NCBI GenBank assembly: GCA_951406725.2
Contig: OX597832.1
Location: forward strand, 36,084,001 to 36,148,000
Reading direction: 5' to 3'
DNA length: 64,000 nt
Source: Octopus vulgaris
Taxonomy: Eukaryota
Below are positions 1 through 13,982 of the stretch, piece by piece. Each line of letters opens with the position of its first letter. Position 1 is the stretch's first letter. Below the pieces are notes generated by a model, which saw only the letters and a program-made list of their open reading frames with translations, was not told the origin of the DNA and ran no database searches. The position numbers were made by a program, and so were the translations under genes.

Positions 1-150
1 ATGCGCCAGAAAGCCTCGTTGCTACTCATGTCCCGTCCCACCTGATAATGCGTCACCTCATCCTGGCAGTATTCTTGTTGAAGTCCAAACATTGCTGCGT
101 CGGAACCCTTGTTCTGACGGTACATATGCACTTCGATATTGATGAGTTGA
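1..150 (-). mobile_element. Helitron Rep-domain fragment (degenerate)
   Basis: Minus strand reads INIEV..QNKGSDAAMFGLQQEYCQDEVTHYQVGRDMSSNEAFWR, matching the Helitron RepHel motif HINVE..KYVNKGSD.A.F...DEI..YQ.GRYISSNEA.WRI. It runs off the window edge. Confidence 0.8.
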
Positions 151-345
151 TCAAATAGATGACCTCGACTTCATTACATTCGATATGACAATAGACACCA
201 CAAGCAAAATTAGTTTCGCCTCTATTAAGGGGTTTACTAAATTTTGCAATAATCGTGGAAATGTCACAGGATGCAAATAAACCGCGGCCTACTTTAGCTG
301 GATATTTTGCTTCAATGTTTTCTTGCTTGGATATTATCATTCAGT

Positions 346-721
346 TTTCATCTTTTATCTTTTACTTGTTTCAGCCATTTGGCTGCAGCTATACTGGGAC
401 ACCGATTTGAAGAATTTTTAGTACTTTTTAAGCCAGGTACTTATTTTATCAGTCTCATTTGCCGGACTACTAAGTTACGGGGATGTAAAGAAATCAACAC
501 CGGTTATCAAGTATAGTGGGGTACAATAACAGAGACAAAGATACACACACGTAGATATACATATTCGAAGGGCTTCTTTCAGTTTCCATCTATCAAATCC
601 ACTCACAAGGCTTTGACCAGCCCGTGTCTATTGTAGAAGACACTCGCCCTATGTGCAACGCAGCGGGGTTGAACCCAGAACTATGTGGTTGGTAAGCATG
701 CTTCTTACTGCGCAGCCTCAC
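346..721 (-). mobile_element. tRNA-derived SINE, near full length (family A; Octopus OK/OR-type, CORE-like)
   Basis: Reverse complement aligns with the + copy at 55375-55727: tRNA-like head with GGTTCAA B-box, GGGCRAGTGTCTTCTAC core, AAAGCCTTGTGAGTGGATTTG, and a TGAAACAAGTAAAAGA tail. Confidence 0.9.
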
Positions 722-1657
722 TTTTATTTTTTCAGCTACTTTAATGACTTGTTTTTTGTTTCTAAATGGTTAAACAACACGTGGTTGCATCCTGCCGTTC
801 TAAATTACTGCTGTCTCTATCCGATTAGCTTCGTGATGTTCTCTAGCGATAATTTTAAAATGTAGGCCAAATATTCAAAAGGAATGAATATTGCGATCAT
901 AATGTTCTTCATTACACAGGCCTTGAGTAATTTTGTAGAGTAATTAGGAAAAAAAGAACAAATAAGATCACTAATCCACTTAAGTACTTATTGATAGAGT
1001 AATGGAATAATCTTAGTCTTTATAATAGCAATTAAGTTAAATATTGAATTTTTATATCAAAGATATGAAATTGAATTTATAAATGTGTGTGTTTGCGCAT
1101 TTGTGTGTGTGTGCACATATATTATACATTGGGGATCAAAAGATGATAAGAGAAAAATATCCTTTTCTTAAATACAATGCAGAATATTAAACTTTAACTG
1201 GTTTCGCCCCCTTTACTGATGAACATTGAACAATAAATAATTTTTTGTACCACAAGCGAAGCACAATTGTTGAAGGAAAATCGCATGTTACGTGAATGAT
1301 GTAAATATACTGATAAAAGTGACATGTCATTTTCAGTCAGGAATTAAAAATATGAAAAGACTTATCACTATTTCTAACTGCAAATGTCATTTAGTCGTTG
1401 TTTCGAGATAGAACCTGGCCAGGTGGTAGAATACTCCCACTTCACACCTGGTTTCATTCACCATTTTGAATGAACCTCCACGGTGACAAACACTGCATGC
1501 TAAACGTTTGCTGAATTAGAACCCTTTCTTTTTGCATTGCAAAGGAAAAGAAATAATTGTTTCTTTCCTAAACAAAATGAAAAGATTCTCACCTATTGTT
1601 TCTGATGGAAAACGATACAACAAAAATGGGGTCATGTGAATGATGACTGTTAAAAAA

Positions 1658-1875
1658 TGTGTGTGTGTGTGTTTGTGTCTATGTTTCCCCACCACCACCA
1701 CCATCATTGCTTGACAACCGATGCTGGTGTGTTTCCGACCCTGTAACATAGCAGTTCGACAAAAGAAACCGATAGAATAAGTACTAGGCTTACAAAGAAC
1801 AAGTTCTGAAGGCAAACTCTTTGAGGCGGTGTTCCAGCATGACTGCAGTCAAATGACTGAAACAAGTGAAAGAAT

Positions 1876-1878
<3 letters not shown>
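1658..1878 (+). mobile_element. SINE family A, 3' half
   Basis: TTGACAACCGATGCTGGTGTGTTT...GATAGAATAAGTAC...CCAGCATGACTGCAGTCAAATGACTGAAACAAGT, followed by (TAGA)n. Confidence 0.85.

Positions 1879-1950
<72 letters not shown>
1877..1950. repeat. (TAGA)n microsatellite
   Basis: Perfect tetranucleotide array at the SINE tail. Confidence 0.95.
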
Positions 1951-1952
<2 letters not shown>

Positions 1953-2439
1953 TATATATCCATACATATACATACATGTGTATGAGTGTGTGTAACTGTA
2001 ATGAATGGAAGTAATGTTTTTGTTATTAATCACGAGAGATGTCCAGTGAGAACTGGTATGGAGTAGAACAGAGCAGTAAATGATCTTCCAGTTGATCTAT
2101 TTCAAATATCAACTAAATTTTGTTCAATTATCGATCGCCATAATAATCATTACTTACCATTAATACAGGTCATAAAATTTCCCTCCCTTCCCATCTCTTA
2201 AATGTCCCAACTTGAGTTGGCTCTTGTACTCAGTTCACAATATAATAAAAGGCTTTGCTAGGCCTTGAGATTGTTTCCAAAAATGTATAACTTTTTAGTT
2301 ATTACCAAAGAAGAGGTTGACAGTCCTTGAAACAATGTTGGTCGTTTAGGAAGAGATTAACCTTAAATATGGAAACTTAGTAGAAAATTCAGGGAAGAAA
2401 CAAGAACCGTCCGTATTGCGACTTGCATAATCGTTTCTC

Positions 2440-2592
2440 GTTTATCTTTTATCTGGTTCAGTCATTTCATTACGGCCATGCTGGGGCACCACTTTGAAGT
2501 TTTAGTCGTATGAATCGACCCCACTACTTATTTCCTTTTTTTTAAAGCTTGGTACTTATTCTATCGGCCTCTTTTACCGAACCGCTAAATTA
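2440..2592 (-). mobile_element. SINE family A, 3' fragment
   Basis: TTCAGTCATT..GGCCATGCTGGGGCACC..GGTACTTATTCTATCGG is the reverse complement of the family tail. Confidence 0.85.
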
Positions 2593-2629
2593 TTTGATGA
2601 TAGTATACTTACACAAACTGACACACACA

Positions 2630-2674
<45 letters not shown>

Positions 2675-3007
2675 GTGTATTACACTATTATAATTTAACT
2701 TTTCAAAAAGCCTGTGAGGCAGGTGGTTGAGTAATTCGTGTTATGCAATCTATATAATGTTATACATCGTAAACAAATACGCAGCCTCGCTATGGAAAGG
2801 TGCCTAGCTTCATTTGAATGAAAACTACGCTCTGGTCATATTCGTTTTTTATTATCCCCGCCTAACATGTTCAGCAAACGTGGCTGCAGGATGTCGGATT
2901 TGCAGAAAACCGAACATAATTTAACCAGTTGATATGGCGCTGTTTGCTCACTTGACTGGTTGATAGACTGAGAACATCATCCGAATTCCTCCTGAACAAA
3001 GAACACG

Positions 3008-3312
3008 TCGACCAAAGTCTTGTGAGGGAATTTGGCAGACGGAAACTTAAAGAAGCCCGTCGTGTATGCGTCTGTGAGTGTGTTTGTGTGTGTGTATCTC
3101 TGTTTGTCCTTCCCCACGTTTGACAACCGGTGCTGGTGTGTTTACGTCCCCGTAACACAGCGGTACGGCAAAAGAGGTCAATAGAATATGTACAAAGCAT
3201 TAAATACAAAACAAAAGTAGTGAAGTCGATTCGTTTGACTAAAGTTCTCTGAGGCGGTACCCCAGCATGGGCGCAATTTAACGACTAAAACAAGTAGAAC
3301 ATGAAAGATAAT
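3008..3312 (+). mobile_element. SINE family A, 5'-truncated
   Basis: GACCAAAGTCTTGTGAG..GACGGAAACTTAAAGAAGCCCGTCG..GGCGGTACCCCAGCATGG..AAACAAGTA. Confidence 0.85.
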
Positions 3313-3659
3313 AAAAATAGTAAAGTCAATAAATGTTCAACAATAGTCATAGAATCTTCAGCGTTAATTACGTACAAATGGCAAAAAGTAAAGAAAAGAA
3401 CCGTTTTAGCATTTCTCATATTTGTTTTCTGGAGAAGCAGCGAAACTCTTCCTGGTAATGCGTACTGTATAAACCTTAAATTCAAATAAATATATTTCAC
3501 TCGCCTGCTAGATATTGAATCCCATTTTTGTTGATGCTTGTATAACGTTCGTAAAATTAAGCGTGTATATACATGGATCTGAATGCATCGATATTGATAC
3601 GTGCGTGTGTATTTGTATGCGGATGAGTTGTTGATTAAAAGCCGAATATTAGAATATCG

Positions 3660-3755
3660 AATGTGTGTGAGTGTGTGTATGCGTGTGTATACGCAAACAC
3701 ATACGTATAAATCCATATATATTTATATGTGTGTATGTGTACGTTTATATGTATG

Positions 3756-3811
<56 letters not shown>

Positions 3812-3911
3812 TACATACATATATACATATATATATGTATGTACAGATATGTATGTATGTATGTATGTATATATATATATATGTGTGTATATATATATAC
3901 ATATATATGTA

Positions 3912-3943
<32 letters not shown>

Positions 3944-4000
3944 CGTATATGTATGTGTGTATGTGTGTGTGTGTGCATGTGTGTGTGTGCATGTGTGTGT

Positions 4001-4045
<45 letters not shown>

Positions 4046-4095
4046 TGTGTGTGTATGTGTGTGTGTGTGTATGTGTGTGTGTGTATGTGTGTGTA
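3660..4095. repeat. compound (TA)n/(TG)n microsatellite
   Basis: Seen directly; explains the overlapping YIYI/VCVC ORFs. Confidence 0.95.
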
Positions 4096-4514
4096 CGCCC
4101 ACATCCAATTATTCAAGCATACATATGTACAACACACATATGCAAAAAATTTTCAAAATTATATAAAACACATTAGAAAAGCGTCGAAATAGGAAATTTT
4201 ATGAAAACGAAATAAATATCGGAGATTCGAAATCACGAAAACGAAAAACAACAATAAATAAATAAATGAACAAAAAGTAAAACATAAATGAAAAAAACCC
4301 CAAAAACACGGTGAATCCAATAATATAAAATATAGCGAAATGAAAAGACTAAAAGAATTGCATTCGATTTCAAAATCTTGAAGAGCAGTTAATTCTAATA
4401 CTGAGCGTGATATAAGCCTTGGCAGAACGAAAATACAAAACTATTTGAAAAGCCATTGGAAATTCTATACACACGCTTCGCAAAACAGTTTTAGGCATAA
4501 GTTATATATAGATT

Positions 4515-4579
<65 letters not shown>

Positions 4580-4744
4580 CAAATAATGCTTTAACGACGA
4601 GTTTGCTTGATGCAGTGTCGGCTATAAGGCTGGCAAAATGGAGATACTTAAAGAATATTTAGCTAACCATACACAACAATCGATAACAATAATTTCTTTT
4701 CTTGTTTTTTTTTTCTTACTTTAAAAAATTCCACGTTCATATGT

Positions 4745-4839
4745 TTGCGTGTGTGTGTGTGTGTGTGTGCGTGTGTGTATGTGAGTGTGTGTGTGTGTAC
4801 GTATTTGTGTATTATGTACATATATGTATATATATATAC

Positions 4840-4933
<94 letters not shown>

Positions 4934-5105
4934 GTATATATATGTGTGTGTATATATACATATATACATATATATACATACACATACAAATTATATGTTT
5001 ATATACATATATACATAAATATATATATATATATATATACAAACACACATACATATACGCACACATATATATACATATACATACACACACACACAAAAGG
5101 AGACA

Positions 5106-5185
<80 letters not shown>
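4745..5185. repeat. compound (TG)/(TA)/(CA)/(GA) microsatellite
   Basis: Seen directly. Confidence 0.95.
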
Positions 5186-5188
<3 letters not shown>

Positions 5189-5588
5189 GGGAAAGTAAGA
5201 AGATGACAAAAAACACGATTCCATTCCACTCTAATTTTCCTCCAGCCGTGAGTGAACAATAATGAAATAAATGGCTGCAGAATCACATCCATTTCCTTGT
5301 TAAAGTTATTCGGACGATTTTGAGAAGAGATATTTTAAATGTTTTTCGTGCTGCGTATGTATAGAGAGGCACAGCTCCACGTGTAGACGTAAAAGTTCGC
5401 ACGTTCATAGATATATATTTCTTTTGCCTCTGTGAAGGATGAACTTGTTTTAGGTTGTTATTTGTATTGATACAGAAGTTATATTTAGGATGGTGACGAC
5501 TGGGTAGATTCTGCTTCATTGTGTTATTTTCTATAGTATATTTTTGCACATACAAATACACACTCTTATGTATACATGTATACATGTA

Positions 5589-5746
<158 letters not shown>

Positions 5747-6001
5747 ACTTATAATTTCTATACACATACACGCACACACACACATATGAGTGTGGTGTGT
5801 GTGCTGATTTATTTTTTATAGAATCGCAAGTGAATGAAAATGTAAAAAGATGTTGGCATTATCAGATAAGTGTTATTGTTAACAGCATCCGGAGATTTTT
5901 GAAATGCTGTATATTCCTGGCACCCATTCATCCATCAATCTATCTATCCACCCAGCCAAGCAGCCAGCCGGCCATGCATACATACGAAATACATATGAAA
6001 A

Positions 6002-6050
<49 letters not shown>

Positions 6051-6151
6051 GGAGGGTTCATACCTGGTGTTCGTGGAGATCTATAATTAAGGAAAAATCC
6101 AGTGCAATAAAACCCTATTTGTGATGAGTGAATCTAATTACCATATTTGAG

Positions 6152-6475
6152 AAATTCAGTTGCTCACTTTTGTACTGTTGATAAAACTGGAGCGTCATCT
6201 CCTAATGTAGCAGTCATGTCAGAATGAATGTCCTTGGGGGCTAAACCCTTTTTTCAACAGGTACTTCATAACACTATGGTGCTAAATTTTGGCCATCTTA
6301 AGAGTAGTCGCAACGAATTATTTTAGAAGTCTTTTTTGAAGAATCGGATCTCTGTTTACCTGCAAATAAACAATGCAGTTATTAATAAGAAGCGTTGAAA
6401 TGAATGCATTCAAGACTCCACAGTTGTAACATCGATCCTTCATAATCAGCCATTGAACTTTTCAGCCCATCCTCG
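6152..6475 (-). mobile_element. mariner transposon 5' fragment (TIR plus transposase N-terminus, pseudogenised)
   Basis: Minus strand begins CGAGGATGGGCTGAAAAGTTC (mariner-type TIR) and translates MAKI*HHSVMKYLLKK/GLAPKDIHSDMTATLGDDAPVLSTVQK*ATEF, a mariner HTH region. Homologous to 10716-11010. Confidence 0.85.
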
Positions 6476-6775
6476 TTTCTCGATCAATCTATCTTTCTAC
6501 AATCGCTCTCCACATAACTCTTCCTCGCTACTATATCTATTTACCATTGCAGTGCAGCTCTCTATCTCTCTAACCAACGAAGATTTCTCCATGTGGTTAG
6601 CTGACTGGATAGAAATGGCAGTCAGGCCGTCTTCAGATCTTGTCCTACTAACTTGGAAATGAAGGACGTATCAGTTAATTTGGGTCTGGATTTTCTGTGC
6701 CAGGGCAAAAGACGGATGTTCACAGCTGATTATAGACCGATTCAATCGCAGCTTAGACGGGTTCTAAAGAAGAAG

Positions 6776-6845
6776 AGGCGGTGCCCCAGCATGGCCACAG
6801 CTCGTGAGCTGAAACTAGATAAAATAAAATAAAATAAAATAAAAC
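6776..6845 (+). mobile_element. isolated retroposon 3' tail related to SINE family A
   Basis: GAGGCGGTGCCCCAGCATGGCCACAGCTCGTGAGCTGAAACTAG followed by (ATAAA)n. Confidence 0.7.
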
Positions 6846-8243
6846 CACAATGGCACCAACGACAACAATGGCATCAACAACATCAACAGCAATAATTCCG
6901 CACTAACTGAATTATTATGAGGCTGTGATTGTAGCGAAAATTAATCATTTGTCAATAACTATGATGTGACACTGGAAGGAAAATAAGGTTGTGTGGTCTT
7001 CTCGATGACGAAGGTAAATAAATGATCGATGTAGGTGAAGCAGCTTTAATTCAGAATCGAAACCAAATGACGGAGTTGTTTAAACAGAAAATTACTGCCT
7101 CCACACGCGAGTGAAATTGTTATTAAAAATAATGATTATTAGTTCAGACGTTTCTGTAATGGTTGTATGTGAAGTGATTTGTTACATTGCTGGTCTAAAC
7201 ACACTCACACGCACGAAATCGTTAGTATTTACGAAACACTGGCACTGGATGGCACTGTTTACTTGGAATTGATTCAAAATTGCTTAAGAGAAAACACCTT
7301 CAACACTATACTAATATATTTGAATCTCATGGGTTCTAGGAATTAAGATGAACGTTTATGGTCAATTAGGTGCTTAAAAAGGTGCGTCGATTCGAATCGA
7401 ATTTTCCAGTAAACAGATGCGAATACTTATTTTAAGATATCGCTGTATCATTAACTGTAAAATATTTGCATAACCATCGGCTATAATCGCTACCTGGTAT
7501 ATGATTTTGTTGAAATAACATCGTCTGTTTATCGGCTTTCGTCTAAGGATTTCTATGAAGATAACATGTTGCATATAATAAACTGGCATTTGAACAGAAT
7601 GATTTCCTATCTCTTATTACATTCAGACACACAGATCTTACGTTAATATCTGCATATTTCACTTTTACGTTCTGCAATTGTTCCTTTGATTGGGTCATTT
7701 CAAAAGTATCTTTCCAGTGATTGACGACATTTCCTACAAATGCTAACTGAGACGTCGAAAGTTACTGAACTTGTAACAAATTCTTAAAGCTTTAAACCTT
7801 ACATAATACATTTGTATGATGACCAGAAGTATCTCTATGAATATATTGTACTGGAAGATAATTCAGTCATGATCGTATGTCAAATGAAATATTATTGTTT
7901 AGTTCCTTCGATTCCCATAGCTAATAACACGTGACAACGTTTCGAATGTTTAGTAGATTCTGTTCAGGAACTAAACTTGATTCGACATAGTAGTCTCATA
8001 TTTATTGTACCAACATCTATAAATATGTTACTGTATATAAATATAATCACTTGAATCCTAGGGAACCACTGGCAATCCAACCGTCAGAAAAAAAATCAAC
8101 GCAATAAAAACAAATATGTTAATTTGTCGGTGAAGACTTCTGTTCGGTGTGTTAGGCATTTTTGGGGCGGCAGAACATATGCACCCCACATTTAAAGTGT
8201 ATAGAATATACAGTAAATAAATATCGACCCAGCTATCCACTCC

Positions 8244-8249
<6 letters not shown>

Positions 8250-8323
<74 letters not shown>

Positions 8324-8422
8324 TATATATATACATATACACACATATATATATATATACACACACACACACATATATATATATATACATATATATATAT
8401 ACATATACACACACACACACAC

Positions 8423-8474
<52 letters not shown>

Positions 8475-8481
8475 CATATAT

Positions 8482-8545
<64 letters not shown>
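8250..8545. repeat. (CT)/(TA)/(CA) compound microsatellite
   Basis: Seen directly. Confidence 0.95.
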
Positions 8546-9211
8546 CGCACAAATACGGCAACTCAAACAAACCTACTCAAATGCACATACACGCGTGCCC
8601 ACACGTACATATCTATTTATGTGTGTGTGTGTCTGTCCGTCAGTGACATTCGCTTTCATCACACATTCGAACGCCACGCCATTTTACCGCCATCGTCCTA
8701 CCACAAATGGCATCATGTTTCGCCAGTATTCCCCAACCATTTACATATTGACAGCAACAACTGCGATATTTCTATTGCAGAACACCATTAGAAAATGCAG
8801 ATTTTCGGCGGGAAAAGTAATCTCATTCTAGTTGGGCTATTGATTGATTCTTTGAATATAGGTAGGAATACCAAATGCAATTCTTTGAAGGTGACTGAAC
8901 CATTCTCACATTACTTCTTCCTGACAGAGCCTCGTGTCAGGCAAACACGAATGACTGAATGCGATTGTGCGATAATTTCTGGTTAGTTCTTTCGTAAAGA
9001 AAATTAAAGAACACGAATTGATGATTAGTTTGGAAATGTCTATAATTAACCAATGCTTTCCTTCGTTTAGTATCTTTTGTTAAACCGTCGCAGAGTCTTT
9101 GATATCGGTTTATTCAGCGTTGATAACTATTAAAAACCGTTATTTTTGCACAGAACACTTGAAATTTGCTGACGTAATAGACTATTTAGGAATTCATCAA
9201 GAAGAATAAAG

Positions 9212-9279
9212 ACGATGATAGTGATGACGATGATGATGATGATAACGATGATGACGATGACGACGACGACGACGACGAC

Positions 9280-9322
<43 letters not shown>

Positions 9323-9329
9323 GTGGTGT

Positions 9330-9370
<41 letters not shown>

Positions 9371-9377
9371 TTGATGG

Positions 9378-9428
<51 letters not shown>

Positions 9429-9445
9429 CGACGACGACGACAGCG
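9212..9445. repeat. (GAT)n/(GAC)n trinucleotide array
   Basis: Seen directly; explains the poly-Met ORF. Confidence 0.95.
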
Positions 9446-10287
9446 ACGGGGAAGAGGGGGAGCAGGAGGATTTAGAGTTAGTTTATGAAGATGGTAGGCA
9501 TTGTCATCACGACCGTCAGCATGGAAAGTGTTCTTTAAGAAAGAAGAGTCTGCTCCTGAAGCTTGTTTTTGATTTTGCTGTCTTTGTTGAAGATGTATTT
9601 ATCAGTGGAAACAAAAAAATGCATAACTTTATTAGAAAAATAATGTTCCCTACACTATATTCTCAATAAACAAGGCTTCGATGTGCACTCTTCACATTTT
9701 GATGCACCGATATTACACCATCAATAGGAAGTGAAGGAGAGGGAAAGGCAGAGTGAAATTAAGGAATCAGTCAACTTCACGTTTTCGGGGTAATTCTGAT
9801 ATACGATATGACGTATAAAATATACGCCATACGACGATAAAAATATTCAGATAGAGGGATGTTTCCTGGAATGAGCTAATTTGAGAAATAGCTTTAAAAA
9901 TATTCATTTACTGATCAATGAGTTTATGGCAACACTTTAAGAGTTGTCTCTCAGGTGAAAATCTTGTTTAACGGAAGTGATTTGTGAAATCAATCACACT
10001 TATTTTGACATGGGCTTGAAGAATTCGTTATTGATCATGTCTGTCTTCACACACACATAAACACACACACGCGCGCGTATACATTTATAGAAACCTAGAT
10101 ATATGCACATATATATGTAGAGAGAGAGGTGGGGCGAGATACAGACGTGTTTGTGCACACACATATATATACACACACACACATATATACACGCGTATAT
10201 ATTTATATGTTTATATATTTTGCCAGCTGCACAAAAAATTTGATCCAGATATTATCTTCCCATAAGGCATGGTAATAGTATCTAGAA

Positions 10288-10463
10288 TGGTGGTTCCCAG
10301 CCTGGGGTCCGCGGACCTCTGGTGGTCTGCAAATATAGTACTAGGGATCCGTGAACTAAATTCAAAACTTCATATATATATATAAAGATAAGCACATAAG
10401 GATAAGCATATTAAAAGGGGTCCGTGGGAAAACCCATTTAAATAAAAGGGTTGAGAACCACTG
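10288..10463. mobile_element. hAT (Charlie/Buster-type) MITE
   Basis: Ends TGGTGGTTCCCAGCC and GGTTGAGAACCACTG, with internal GGGGTCCG subterminal motifs. Left flank ATCTAGAA fits the NTCTAGAN Charlie target preference. Confidence 0.8.
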
Positions 10464-10715
10464 TTTGGAACTTCTGTCAAAAGGTTCGGAATCACTGATC
10501 TGAGCTACTGATCTTGAATAGAATAAGGTAAAAAATTACCCCAGAAAAGTTGACTGTATTGAATCTCTCGAATCAAAAGAATCTTGATGGAAATTTGAAA
10601 TCAAACCGCCACGAAGTTAAAACAGGACCGGCCAGATCTTGTGTGGGACATCAAGAAAAAATATCCTCTGTTGTGGAAATCAGCTGTCCTCTGGATTCCA
10701 ATACGATCAGAAGTA

Positions 10716-11010
10716 CGAGGGTGGGATGCAAAGTTCATAGGTTGACTTTGAAAGCTTGACGCCAGAGGTGTGAAATCTTGTTTGCATTAATTTCAAATCT
10801 TCTTCCTTAATAACCGCTTTGTTTCTTTGCAGATAATCTGACTCTTCGAAGAAGACTTAAAATCTGGCATCGTGGGGTTATCAAGTAGCGGCAGAGAAAA
10901 GCTTTAGTCTCCAGGGACGTTCATGCTAATATGGTAGTCACATTACGGGATGACGCTCCAGCTTTATCAACAGTGCAAAAACGGGCAGCTGAATTTAGTG
11001 ATGGAAGCAG
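10716..11010 (+). mobile_element. mariner transposon 5' fragment
   Basis: TA followed by TIR CGAGGGTGGGATGCAAAGTTC. From 10862 it translates IWHRGVIK*RQRKALVSRDVHANMVVTLRDDAPALSTVQKRAAEF. Confidence 0.85.
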
Positions 11011-11096
11011 TATTAGTGTGATAAAGCAATATTTATATCCAACTTAACATGGATGCCTTCTTAGAACTCCGTATACTGCGTATATGTAGGTTTCTA

Positions 11097-11159
<63 letters not shown>

Positions 11160-11304
11160 CCTTATATGGGCGGATGGAGTATAAAAGTAAGCTACTTACT
11201 ACACAGCGAATTATTAATGTATTTATATATAGGATGCACCGAATAATCTTATAGGAAGATAGCTGAATATAAAAATGGATGCATGCATGACCTAACAGAC
11301 AGAC

Positions 11305-11369
<65 letters not shown>

Positions 11370-11584
11370 GTGAGAGAGTGAGAGTGAGAGAGAGAGAGAT
11401 GTGGGGAGAGAAAGACTAACAGATCGATTGATTTGGTTCCTAATGAAATGACCCATGTGACATTTAACTAAATTTAACAACCACAATTATGCAATTACTA
11501 TTTGGTTAGCAATGACTTCGTGCGAGTTATTGAAACGGCTTCGATGAAATGAAATTATTCAAACATCAATGATTCTTTACATAT

Positions 11585-11687
<103 letters not shown>

Positions 11688-12214
11688 CAGAGTCAGAGAA
11701 AGTCTGGTGTGAATGTGAAAAAGAGATGCGTGAATAAATGGGGACAAACTCAAAGCTTATATATATATATTTAGTTTGTGTAGGTGTATAGTTAAGAGTT
11801 TGTTCTAAAGGAATATTATTTAAGTTTAAACCAACAATCGCTTAAAGAAGTGAAGACACTTTCAGAGAGAAATCTCATCATAATATTGCATTTTCTTCGC
11901 GTACAATCCCATTATATTATCAAATGTCACTGTCTCCCAGGTAAATAGGTTTTGACATATTTCGGATTATCTGATGAAAATACTTATCGGACTGTCTCGT
12001 TGTATGTATGTTTATGCATTTATGTAGATGTGTATAGGCATGTATGAGTGTGTGCATATATTTTTGAATGTACGTGTGTATGTGTGCATATATGTATACG
12101 TATTTATACGTATTTACATGTGTGTAAATATATATTTTAAATATTCTAAATATTTACGTTTATGAATTTGTGTTTTAAGATTTCTGATGTAAAAGCTTGT
12201 GTTGAAACAGATAT

Positions 12215-12582
12215 TGTTATATTTCGGGAGGGTCACTTCTTTTTTTTGCCTAATAAACATACTCATTATACATTCATACGTCTCTCGTATATTACTGTTC
12301 TTATTTTCTCTTATGCCCATCGTCCGGTAATCTTTCGTCACACAACTGTTGCCTCTTCAGCGACCCTTTCCATCCACGTGTGTCCTCCTACTCCGCTTAG
12401 TCTAGGAGGACACAAGTGGGCGGAAAGGGTCGCTGAAGAGGTCACAGATGTGTGATGAAAGATTTCCGTACGATGAACATAAGATAAAATAAGAACAGTA
12501 ATAAACGAGTGAAGAACGAATATAAAGTACGTGTGGTTTATTTGGAAAACAAAAAACAAAATAACCATCCCGAAATATAACA
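12215..12582. mobile_element. foldback MITE with TGT...ACA termini (Ginger-like)
   Basis: Inverted arms of ~175 bp around a 12-bp loop (12391-12402). Termini TGTTATATTTCGGGA and TCCCGAAATATAACA; ATAT flanks both sides. Confidence 0.75.
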
Positions 12583-13982
12583 ATATCTAAATATTTACTT
12601 TTCCAAAAACTAATAATTAAAAAAGTGTTTTTAAAAATACTGACACAAAAGCAAAACAATGTTAACACTACGAAAAGCACTGCCAAAATGACTTCCCTTC
12701 CAAAACACCGGAAGCGTGCTAACGTTTCTGCCAGCTCGCCGCTTTTAAAACAGTTGAAATGTTGAGCTCCGTAATTTTTGGCGGGGCGGGGTGTATATGT
12801 ATATGTTTATGTGTTGTGTATTAAGTGTGTGCTGCGTATGTATGTATGCGTAAAGACAAAGAAAGTGAGATGGGTGCTTCAGTAACAACCTCGTCTATAA
12901 CAGCTAACAATCTTTTAACTTCACCTGTATATATTATTTGCGAAATCTTCATAGAGATGATTTTGCAGCTTCAGGTGAATATGTGAACCTTAAAGCATAA
13001 CTTGTTACTATTCAAGAAAGTAACTTCACGAAATAGAATCATCTGAAACTGTCAGGTATCCAAGCATTTCATATCGATATTCAAATTGCATCGTTTAACA
13101 TGTAAGGAAGCAATTCATTTTTATAGTATTTGCTGCAAACACAAATTCAATATTCTTGCATAGATATATGTAAATGTGTGTGTGTGTGCCTGCATGTGTG
13201 TGTGTGTGCGCATGCGTGTAAATTACCAAATGCATTCGACGAGATCTCTAAGTCACAGATACACACCACAGCATACATAAACACTTCAGCCTTTTTGCTG
13301 CTAATCATGAAATCCCTTGTTTTCATTTATCGCTTTCGATATGTTGTTTCAATATTTCCACCCGTTTCGTTTTCACGCTTTTTTCTTTTTTTTTACCTGG
13401 TATTCACCTGAGGTCGTCCATGATTCAACGGACTTCTGATTGAATCTTTTGCAGATATATGCATATCTTCCTTCATTATCTACTACATTATCAGGTATCA
13501 GAAGTAATGTGAATTTTGAGGAATATTAAGTTTCTATTTCTTTACATTGAGTTACCACATGGGGGTGGGGGAGGCTTCTTTATGGCTTGTCAAAAGTGGA
13601 ACGCTGTTGGAATGTTTTCGCCACCAGAAAACAACAAATTCGTTGCCGTAATAAAAAGCACAGTGAGCTTCTTAACGACCAAAGATATTGAGTTGGAGAA
13701 TCGACGAATCTATGGGTCTCGTAGCAAAACATGGTGTTTTTGAAACCTCTCAAGAGTTGGCATTTTCGAGATGCTTTTTTGAAAGATGATAAAATGAGAA
13801 GCATTTGATTCTTTTGTGCATTGGCTGAACCGTGCTGCTCATGTAACATTTAATGCAATTGGCGAACTTTATCTGATGTACGGCATAAGTAGGTAGGAAT
13901 ATGGTTAAGAGGCGAATGGGGGAGCTGAACGGCGAGTAGAGAGTTTTCACACACACACACACATATATATATGTGTGTGTGT

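Noticed and set aside
53-340. ORF with GRGLFASCDI, resembling a SET-domain start
   Set aside because: No other SET motifs are present, and the 3' part is explained by a Helitron Rep fragment in another frame.
2868-2998. Weak palindrome with TGTTCAG...CTGAACA ends
   Set aside because: The arms are too short and mismatched to call a MITE.
12700-12792. ETS (CCGGAAG) and GC-box motifs suggesting a promoter
   Set aside because: These are short motifs with no associated exon or gene, so they could be chance.
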